A program made the translations under genes and the position numbers. Source: Podarcis muralis (taxonomy: Eukaryota). From it: a stretch of 64,000 bases of DNA. The DNA lies in the NCBI RefSeq assembly GCF_964188315.1, contig NC_135660.1, forward strand, positions 36,518,001-36,582,000. Reading direction: 5' to 3'. The notes beneath the pieces were generated by a model. That model searched no databases, was not told where the DNA came from, and saw only the letters and a list, made by a program, of their open reading frames with translations. Of this stretch, positions 12,194 to 23,600 are shown in pieces; the first letter of the stretch is position 1, and the number at the start of each line of letters is the position of its first letter.

Positions 12194-14589
12194 GATGCAG
12201 TTCACATGAAAGTGCAAAAACAAGAACCTGAATCATGCATATGTCAATTCTTCCTAAAACCTTTTAACATCCACTTTTTAACTTGTGGAATTTGCAGTGA
12301 TTGCTGTTTTGCCTATTTAATGGATGCAAACATTCAGCAGTTATGTTATTGCAATGGACATAAAAAGTGCAGTTTATTTTCTACATAATCACTGTGGGTT
12401 TTAACATGGATGTAAACATAAAAAGATTTTGCTTCACGAAATGTTTGCAGTCTTTCCCTCTATGGCGTACTTTTATTTCCAGGAATTTAGAGAAAGTTTA
12501 AATTAAAGTAAGTACTTGATTGTTTTTAGTTCAACGAAGTCAAGCGGTATTAATAAGAGAACAGTTCACATACAGCTGAGTATGTCTACTCATTATTGGG
12601 AAAATGTTGATGGCGTACATAAGGAGTTGGGGAACGTGGAGCTCTCTAGCTGTTGCTGGAGTCCAAATCCCATCATCCTTGACCATTGGCAATGCTGATG
12701 GGAATTGGAATAACATCTGGAGGGTCACTGTTTCCCTATCCACAGCATATGTGTACCTTGATTTGTTCCTTGTTTTACTCCATTGGGAGATCTCAAATAG
12801 CTTTACTTCTGCTCAACTATCTATAGAACACTCGTTAAGCCCAGCATTTTCAAATATCCAGTTCATTTATATCATGTAGACAGCTCCACTTCTTTTTGCT
12901 GGTGGTAGTACAGTGGGCGCTCGGGTTGCGAACGTGATCCGTGTGGGAGGCACGTTCGCAACCCGCAGCGCTGAGTCTGCGCACGTGCAGGTTGCGATTT
13001 GGCATTTCTGCACATGTGCAAAGCGTGATTTAGCGCATGTGTGAGCGCCGAAACTCAGAACTAACCCGTCTGGTACTTCCGGGTTTGGCACGGTGCGCAA
13101 CTCAAAAACACGCAACCTGAAGCGTCTGTAACCCCCGAGGTATGACAGTATATCATTCTAATGGCTGTTGAGCTGCCTTTGCAAAGTCAGTTGGTAGCTT
13201 CAGTATGGTTGGGTGGGTTGGGGGCAGCTCAGCTCAGAGTATTAAGTTCAGATCTTGCTTTCCCTGTGCTAATGGTTCCTTTAAACCACAGTTGTGTGGG
13301 GTGGACTGCTTATATTACAGCAGCTTCTCTGTGTATTATTCTCATGGGGAATTTGTGTCTGTTTTCTTCCTGGGGCCTTGTCCTATATGTTTCCTTGCTG
13401 TGTTCAGTGAAGCTTACTTCAAGTAAGTGTGTATATGGTTGCAGCCGAAATCTGATTTAAAAAAAAATTCTGTAAGAAAATAAGGAACAAAGGGCTTGCT
13501 GTACTGCAGCTATTTCGCTATAAGGAGTTGGGTGCTGTGACAGCTTTTCATGTTTGGCCTTCGCTTTTGTCCTCCTTTCTTCTTGCTTGTCAGCTGCTTG
13601 AAGTTAAATGCCATATGAGACTTGTAATGCATTAACCTTTTTCTCTGGAGAGTTGGTTCAAGTGCGGCCTACTGTAGGCCATAAATAAAATTAATTTTGT
13701 GCTGTTGCTTTAGCAATCTGAAGACATCTGTCTACATTTTTAGAAGTCTTTTCATTCCAGCATGAGTAATGGTGCTTGTTTAGGAGATTCCCCCATGGGG
13801 ATAGTAAGGATTCTGCCAAGCAAGATTGAGGTGCAGTGGCAGATATTTGCAAAGGTTGGAAGCTGGACTGGCAGCAGTATGGGGGCAGTCAGGAAGGCTG
13901 AAGAGTGTTAGCAATTCACTAAGTATAGCAGCAGGCAGTCTATGTGTATACTAGCACTAGAGTGTGTAGTGTCACAATTTTTACTCTTAAGTGGTGCCCC
14001 CTTTTAAGAGTAGTGGTACTGCTATCTGGAATATCCACATTTGAATCATAAAATTACTGTAATTTTAAGCACTTGGTCCACGACTAAAAATACCCCTCTC
14101 AATACATGCAGCATTACTAAGAGACCAACTTGACTGACTCTTAGTGCAGATCCAAGTCATCAAACCTGAGCATCCACAGCTGCCGCCTGCCATGAACCAC
14201 TGTTGGCATTATTGGCAGCACCAGCAGCAGATTTGCTCTGTGCTTATAATAATAATTTATTATCTTGCTAATTATGCTGTTTTAAATGTGCACCTTGTAT
14301 TTGACTTCCTTTAATAATGTTTTCTTTTAATGTTTAAGATAATGTTGTTAACCTTGCGGCATTAAATGTACATTCTGTAGTTTACCTCTTTCGTAATGCT
14401 TTATTTTGAAAACCTTAAGACAATATTTTAGTTTCCTGTTACTTAAGTTGCTTTGAGTTTATACATTATACTTGACTTTCTTCAGTAATGTTTTATTCTG
14501 GATTGTTTGATTTGGTGTTTTAATGTCAGTTGTAAACTGCTTTGAATTTCCCCCCTAAAAAATATAAATAGGTATGGAAATGAAAATAA

Positions 14590-14632
<43 letters not shown>

Positions 14633-17600
14633 TTAATCTTTACTGCGAACTGTCTGTTCTCTTTACAGCATTTCCAGAGTTGTTCTAGATTGCCTTAAGA
14701 TTTTGAAATGTATACTTTTTCTGAATAAGTATGCATGCCATGGATGCTATAACACTGATAGCTCATAGTTCCCTGCCAGTTCCCTCCCCGCTTCTTTACA
14801 CTTGTTTCATCATATTTTCTGATCTATCATAACTTCAGCCTACTTTCTGTTCTCTCTCCCCCCCCCCCCTTCTTTATTTTCTGCTTTGCAGTCTTTTATT
14901 ATTTTGTGAGTTGTTGGTTTGGAGGGAGTTAGAATAGGGATTTATTGGGAATATTTACTTTTGTGGGTTGTATTATTTTTATCCCTCCTCCATTTGTTGT
15001 AATAATGAAGTGTCCAAATAAAAAATAGAAAATCCATAATAAAAATGTATCCTACAAAGTTTCAATATTGCTTCAGAAAGCCTGTGTTCCTCTACTTCAG
15101 CACCAATCACAATGCTGTGAATTGCCTTGCTTTTCATACAGCTAGCTAGGCTGAAGAGAAGCTATGAGAAACTGCTGAAGAAACAACTGAAAGAAGCAAG
15201 GAAATTACCCTCCAGGAGCCAAGAGGAGGACCAATCTGAAGTAAGCATCCTGACTAAGAAGTTAGAGGTAAGTGGATAAAATTCAGTCCTGGTCCGGGTT
15301 TCATAAATTCAGAACTATGGAACTCAATGGGGCTTACTTCTGAGTAGATATGAATTGGCCTGTAGTTTCTTTTCTCTAGTGCTTTCTGAGCAAATATGCT
15401 TTCAGCTGTTTTTGATATACATTTGCATTGTCTCTTTGGAATCTGACGTACAAGCACTGGCAAGCACAATATTCATCAGATTTCTGAGAATGTGTGGAAG
15501 AATAAGTACTTTATTTTTGTTCAGTATGCTTTCCCCATCTGTGGTTAAAGAGCACAACTGTACATTATACAGAAGCAAGAAACCAGCCTGAACCATGACA
15601 GGTTTGATAAAAATCAGTGGTTTCCTTTGAACATATTATTTTTAAACTGATAATTTAAACATTGAAATTGGATTTATTTTAAAGTAAAAATCTGATTTAA
15701 AACAAAGCTGAAGACCCTTGGACTCAAGGAATTTGTTCCATGATTCTTTGGATTCTAGCTTTAGACTTGAAGCAAGCTATTTGCTTAGCGCCTTTGTATA
15801 CGTACAGGGATCTTCAAAAGTATGTTAATTTTTCAATTATTCTCTTGCCCCTATAGAAATAAAAAAAATGCATCTGGACTGCATAACTAAATGCATTTGA
15901 TTATACACAGGTATATTTAGTTGCAAATTAAATATTTAAGGTATTAAATTAGATACTTAATTATTTAAGGAAGTGGGTCCCAATTAGCTAAGTACTGCAG
16001 ACCTGTTTTTCAAAAGCCAAGTCATGGGCCCCCTACTTTTGAAAATTTCGATATCTCTGTGGTAGTTTTTGTTATGTGAATGGTCCATGGACCCCCTGGG
16101 TGGGTCTGTGAACCCCCAATTGCGAACCACTGATTTAAGGTATATTTAATTGTTCGAAAAGAAATATGGCCTAATTGTTCACTCAGTTAGCAGTCACACT
16201 TTGGGTAGTGGGTGTTGTACCCCCTGATTAGCTATGCAGACCAGGACAGTGTGGAGCATCTTGGCTGGTCTCAGGCACTCTAACCTCCCTTTCTAGATTT
16301 GGACCTGAAAGGCCACGGAAAAGTGTGAGTGCATGGAGGGCAAGGTGTAAGGAAGCACAATTTGTAAAATTGCACAGCATCATTGCTGATCACAGGTCAA
16401 TGCATGGGGCAATGTCTGCTTTTAAGGCGGCTTCAGATTTCTCAGTTTTGTGGATCTTGAGCCAATATGAGAGAGTCTTAATTCTGATCTTAAGCCAGCA
16501 GGTTCTTTGATCAATGAATATGTAATAACTTGCAAAAATATTTAGAAACATTTTTTATTTGCTAGCTTATTACTGTAATATTTAGCAGAGGTGTGTTTGT
16601 GTGAGTATATGAGAGAAACAGGCACCTTAGGTTGCATTTTATCCTCTGTTTTGGAACTAAACTTTGCGTATTTCCAGTATTTACAGGAATGTATCAATAT
16701 ATTTCTATTGTTGGGGTCCAAGAAACTTTGCAGGGGGTCTTTGTAATTTGCATTCATGACACATACTGGTACATAATGCTTATGCATTCAATCTCTGTGT
16801 GTCTACCTCCCTCTTTCTTTCTCTGTATGCACGTGCTTTTTTCAGATAGCCACATTCCAGAACTAAACCCATGCCACTGTGAGTTGAGCAGTGATGGAGT
16901 CAGAATGCTTCCTATGTCTTCCACTAGATACAGCCTTGAAAACATAAATGCTGCTTAGGGAGTTAATTATTTTAATTAAAAAATATTAAATTTGCACAGT
17001 TACAGATGTATACCATTGCCTTTATACATATGAAATCTCTGGTGTTCTGTATGAAAAGAGTGTGTGAGGATGAACCCTGAGGGCAATTAGGTAATCTCTG
17101 GTAATGGACAAGGAAAGTGCTTTTCCTGTTGTGGTTTTGAACGTGCAGGAATTAAATATACTTATGAAATCACAGAAAAATTGAGATTTCATCTGAGCTT
17201 GTACCATGGGATTTATTGCTTAATGAGAGAATTGCAATTTCTTGCAGAGTAAGTTTGTCCATCCCTACTAATTATGTCAAAAGCAGTATTTAATGTACTC
17301 ATGCTACACAGCCACATCCCACAGAGTGCTTAGACAAGAACAAATAAATCATTCAGGGGTTGTGTAGCATTTTTCCAGATAAAATATATTTTACCTGGAA
17401 CATTTGGAAAATGTTATATATTTGCAGTAGCATAATAACTTGGAGGACTGTGTGTGACACAGGATATGATAGAATCAGTATATATATTTTTTAATGTTCA
17501 TTATTTAGAAACCCCATGAGAGATAATGATGTGTTCTGATAAACTTAGTTGAATGTGTAATGACAGATCATTCAAAGACCTGGGGATGCCTTCTTCCTTC

Positions 17601-20600
17601 TGTTGGCTGGAAGCATTTTGTAGGGTCTTCCAAGACCACCTTAATCTTCCTGTCACGATAAATTCAGTATTGTTTTTGAGATGCTGTATCTTTTTCTGGA
17701 CCTATCATTATTGCCACAGTATACTCCATGCTTACAACCAATATGGTCTCTGTAGCATGGTCTCTATGGCAGACACTTTGAAAAACAAAACTCTTAAGAA
17801 CTCTCAGATTTATAAAGGCATTTGTCCAACATCTATACACGCAATAACTGGCATAAAAATATAATGGACTGGAAACCAAAATAAAACATTCTTCTTATGA
17901 ATGGTTGTATTAGATTACAGTAAGACCCCAATGTACACGGGGTTACATTCTGGGGATCGTGCCTAAAGCCAAAATTGTATATACAGTGGTACCTCTGGTT
18001 ACGAACTTAATTCGTTAAGCAGGTCCGTTCTTAAGCTGAAACCGTTCATATCCTGAGGCGTGCTTTCACTAATGGGGTGTCCCGCTGTGCGTGTGCCTCT
18101 GGCACACGATTTCAGTTTGCATCCTGGGGCAAAGTTCGCAACCAGGAGCTGCTACTTCCGAATTAGCGGAGTTCGTAACCAGAGGTGCCACTGCACTCAA
18201 AACACATTGGGTTCAGTGGCGGGTGGGATTTGCCAAAGTCTCCCCCCCACCAGTTGCCCACCCCCTTTTTATTTGTTTGTTTATTGCCAAGCACATAAAG
18301 CTGAATGTGCATAAGTTAAATGCATGTACGTTGCAGGCTTACAGTACTTAATAAGGTTCTTGACTTGGATAAGGATAGGGGAAGATAGAAGATACTGGAT
18401 TTGGGATAGTGGGTATTTTTCAACCAGATCGATAGCGATTACCAATTGTCTTTACAGGAGTTTCGCCAGAAATCTCTAGATTGGGAGAAGCAGCGCTTGC
18501 ACTACCAGCAGCACGTGGCATCACTGGAAGCACAGCGGAAGGCTTTTTCTGAGCAGTCTGATCTCATTCAGGTAGAGTTAATGGATGAGGAGTTTGCCTT
18601 GGAAAGGATTTACTGGCAGACTTCAGAGCCTTAGCACAATTTAGGTTACCAGTGAAATGACAATGAAACTCCTGATGGAATAACCTTGTCCTGTTCAATA
18701 TGTAGACAAAGCCAGGAAATAATCTGAAAACTGTACAGTGGCTGGAAGGCAATTGCCTATCTTTGCTGTCAAGTGCCAGCTGGAGAAAGGCCATAAAATG
18801 ATTCTGGTTGGGTAATTGCACAGTGTGAAAGAATTCAAATACTACGTTGTTCAAAACTGTAAAGATGCCAGACAACATGCCATGTAACCTGTTTAAATAA
18901 TGACTTTTAAAAATGGTGCATTTCCTATGTGGCAGGGTAACCAAGGTAGTGTTAATGCATAGCTGTGCTGTTTGTGTCTCTTGACGCAAGCGTGCAGAGC
19001 CCCTGCTGTTTCTGAAAAATTAATCTGTTCATTGAGTTAGCGCCGCTGTGGCTTAGTTTAACTGACCAGGTACCAGCTGTGAATAAACTTGGTCTGACAC
19101 AAAACACTGGAGTTGCTGATAAGAAGCTCTTGCTGGGAGCTTTGCACTTAATGGACTCCACAGTTGCCACTGAGTGGAAGTTCTGCATGGCAGAAGTTGG
19201 CAGTGACAGGATTAAGGCTGACACTGATAGTGGCTTTGTGAAAGATGCTCACAGATGTGCTTGGACAAAGTAAGCCTTTTGAAGACAAATACCTTGCTGT
19301 AGCTGTGCCTGTGTTTTTGATGGCTTAGTCTATTGAAAGCAGATTTGTTTGGAGCCTTAGCTAGAAGGTCATATCAGTGACAGGGCAGCAAAAAAACCCA
19401 GGTAGTAGGATTTTGATTCTCAAAGCAGTCAAATGGCAGTATTTGGTGAAATAGTTGCAGATGCACGCAAGGATTACCACCAGTGCAACAGGACTTCCCA
19501 CTCTCTCTTGCCACCTGCGCCATTCCCACATCTGTTCTTGAGGGTTGAGGGAACTTCTAGAACAGATCTAGGGGATGCAGGCGGGAGGAGAGAGGAGAAC
19601 ATTCCATTGGCATAGGGGAAATCCTTGCACTGACAGAACCCTAGTCTATATTTAATGTAACCCAAATAATTCTTAACTGCAGGTATGCAGTCGTCCTGTT
19701 GACATTGATTTGGGAATAAGTTGTATTAAAATCCATGTGACATACACTTGAGGGTGAATAGGATTGCCTCCTTGGATGCTGATGATGTGGGTTTTCCAGG
19801 AAAAAAAAATTTCATTTATTCATAGGCCACCTTTATCTTCCAAGGAGCTCAATAACATGTTAATTGTACATGTTATGTGAATATCAGAAAAGTTTTTCTG
19901 AAAGCCAAGCATAGTTGAGAACTGAAATACTTGATGAGAGAAAATAATTAAAGTTCACTTAGAGTGGTTTATTACATTCATAGAGATTCAGAGCTTTACT
20001 TGGAAGTTATATTGATAAGAATACTTGTAAATATTTTAAGAAGTGAAACTCAATTACATACACTTCCCTTACATTATTTAGATTTTAAAGTGGAAAAATG
20101 AAGGCACTGAAAAGCATTTTGTTAGTTTTAACATGCTTGAAAAGCTGTGTGCATAAATATTTTTAAGGGATTGTTGACTAAAATATAATTACAACTTCCA
20201 TCTTATATTTCACTAGCTTTATATCCATTCCAGTTGACCAGTTTGATTTGTATTGTGAAACAATGCATTTCTAAAAGCACAAAAATACAATACTGGAAAC
20301 TTTCACACCCTACATAAGTTGGTTGGATACCTTCAGTTTAAAAACAGTGCATGCCTAGGTTGCTTTAAAACTCTCAGTTTGAAAGCTTTCCTATTCAGTA
20401 GGGAAGCCATCCTGCACAAAAGGTTTTGTGTATGTATATCCCTTAACTTGTATGTATGTCTTATGGGACACATTATGTCTGCAGATTCCAAACATATATG
20501 TTTGTCTTTATTCCCTTTATCAGTTATAGTGACCATCTAATAAGTGAAAAGGTGCTGTATTTCTTGGGAAACTTTTGTTGCAGTTGGAGAAGTTGGACAT

Positions 20601-23600
20601 GTAAACCTCTTGCGGCTCTTTTCTTCCAGAAGTGGTGTCGTGATCACTGCTACAAGTGGACAAAAATAGAACCTAACCCATTTCATTTATGCCAGGAATG
20701 GGGAACTTAACAGAACAGTGCTCTCTGTGTTACAGGCTCAACTGTCCAGCCGGAAGCAAATGTTTGAGTCTGTGGAGCTGGCGAGCCAATCTGAAATCCA
20801 TCACTTAACTAGCAAGTTGGAAAGGGCCAATGACACTATCTGTGCCAATGAACTGGAAGTGGAAAGGCTGAATATGAAAGTGGATGATTTAACTTCTAGC
20901 AATCAGAAAATTTTGGAGGAACATCAAAGAGTACTAGATGAGCTGAAAGTTTCCCGGAACTCACTGGAGGTCTGTGAGTGAATTGCTTGGAAGCAGGTTA
21001 ATATACAGCTTGTAATGGTAGTGGGCTGGCAAGTCACTAATTAAATAGGCTTCCTCCCAGCTTTATCCTGAGCCTAATTGAGAAGCAATGTCTGACAGGG
21101 AAGGGATTGTTCCAAGTTGTCCTCCTCTTTGGGTATATATGCACAAGCACAATAGCTTGCTTATTCTAAAATCTTAATCCCATTTGTTGTATCTTTGCAT
21201 CACTAATTTCCATCTTCTCCTCTGAAGGTTCTACATGAAGAAAAGATGGAACTTAGGGCCACTCTGCTCTCTCAGGAGGACTTCATTAACAACTTACAGA
21301 TGCATAAAGAACAATTACAGAAGGAAGTGTCCAAACTAACTGAAACCTTGCAAAACAAAGAAGCTTTTGTCAGGTATGGTTCTTGGCATCAAAACATACC
21401 GAAATTATACCCTTTGCCTGAAACCTAGATATTCCTAGATGTCTAGGAAAAGTCTGTAGCACATGTGTTTTTCCAACCCAACTGAAGATAGATAGTGATT
21501 AGTATTCAGCATTTGCTAAAAATGTTATTTAAAAAAAGGAAAAAGAGGCAGGATTATATCAGTCCACAACATGGTTTAAGGTGGATTTTCTAAATGTTTC
21601 TTGGAGAGAGAAAGAGAAAATAGATTTTATATTTTTAACTGACTGTCAATGGTAACTGTTGCCAGTTTGAGAGGCTTTCAGTGAGGCATCAAAACATCCA
21701 GTGGAAGTTACCATAATCTACCTCTCCCTTTTGAGAACTACTTCAGTAGGTTAACAAATACACTTGCTAAATTTAATTGTTTGTTCTTGTAATAGTAGAA
21801 TAATGCCTCTGGTTATTTATTCTCTACACCACCAATCCTACTTCTCTGAATTAAAAATTGCCACTGTAGTAAATTCATGCATTTTGAATTACATTTTGTG
21901 AGGGTACACATGGGCTGCTTTTAGGATTTTGTACTACCGTCCAGTGAAATATGTGAAATTTCAGCCAGACCAAATGCATTTATTGAATGTCTTATTATTT
22001 GTTCCTTTTATTTCAAGGATCCACAAATTTTGACTGGCCTTGATAAGCAAGGACACTTGTGTTTGACATAGACCCCATCTCACGTGGGGGATGGGGTCTT
22101 GTCTCTTGGCAACATACTGAACTTGAGGTAATTGGAGAACATTCAAAGCCTAGCACAAATGTGAGAATTAGCCTTCTCCCCTTCTCAGATGGTATGGAAG
22201 GAGGCAAAGGCTTATCCCTGTTGCGTATCCTACTCACTAGGATGGAGTCAGTCACCAGATATTTGTCAGATCATCTCTGGCGAGCAGATATATGGACCTT
22301 TGCTTTATTGTATGACTTTAAAGTGTTTCAATTTTCCCCCAAAAAACCCTCTTGTTGGATGTTGGCTTTCATAAGTTGAGCACTTTTCTTGGGCAGAAAT
22401 TGTAAGGTGGATGATAATACTAGAATTGAGTCATACTTCCCATCCTCTTTCCTTACCGATTAACACCTGGAACAGCATTTTAAACTGTAAGATCCTTGTG
22501 ACTGATAGTTACGACCTACTGAGAGTCCCTAAATTACTGCTCCAAGCTTTAAAAAGGCAGTAGTAACTAACTGACGTGCTTTTCTTGTAACACTAAGCCA
22601 AACCATTGCTGAAAACAAATGTGTGGTCTCCCGGAAAAGAGTGTGGCTGCTTCATTTGTTCTTGAGTCCTCATGCAAGGTGAACCATGATTTGGGTTAGT
22701 GTATTGTCCAACCCAGGTTCTTGGTTTGCCTCCTTCAGACAAACCACAAGCTTTAACCAAGGTTTGTTCTTGAATTACAGCTTGTGGTTTGTTTTGAGGA
22801 GACAAACCATGAACCTTGATTCGGATGACACACTAAGCCAAACCATGGCCTATATCACAGCAGTAGCAGTACCAGTACCAGTGGGGAAGCAAAGTTGCCA
22901 CAATCTCCCTTCTAGTATGGTTTGGCTTAGCATTACATGTGAACTGGGCCATAGCTCTGCCTGGCCAGGTGAGTAACACGCAAGGGCTGCGCTGTTCCCT
23001 TTTTCATTGGCAACACTGATGGTGAACATGATTATTTCTTCCACGATTATTTCATTGACGGTTAAGTGCTGTTAATGCAGAGTTGAGGTACTACTTTCTA
23101 TTTTAATCATATATTTAGCACTTCAGAAACAAGCATTGCAATATTCATCTGTGTTGTGGGTCTGTTTGCACATCTACTAGAACTGGTGTGTCTGATTTAA
23201 TTTGGATGTCAGAAGGCTACAATCTTCAGGAACTCACATGTCTTCCTGTACAGGTCGCTGGAAGAGTGCCTGCAGAGCAGTGAAGGAGCCAATGGAATCT
23301 ATCGTAGCAGGACAGAGTTGGACAACATACACTTGCACCTAGATCATCCTGAAATTATTCATCTTGAGGGCAGGTAGATGATCATTGCAGAAATTTCTCC
23401 ACCTTTACAAAAGAGTTTGAATTTAGATGAATCTTTACTGTAGCAGAGGGCTCTAATGGTGGCATAGAAATGTCTAAACTTTTTAGTAATTAGTGTTATA
23501 TGAATAGGACATCCTTACTTGGAGATGCCTGACTGTAATTTAAGACATTTTTATCTCATACAAAGGTCTAAGAATCATATATGCTTGCTTTGTTGTTGTT

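Noticed and set aside
19665-19688. AG|GT recursive-splice-like motif (also at about 25381-25398)
   Set aside because: The host introns are only about 1.6-2.2 kb; vertebrate recursive sites occur in very long introns, and the motif arises by chance.
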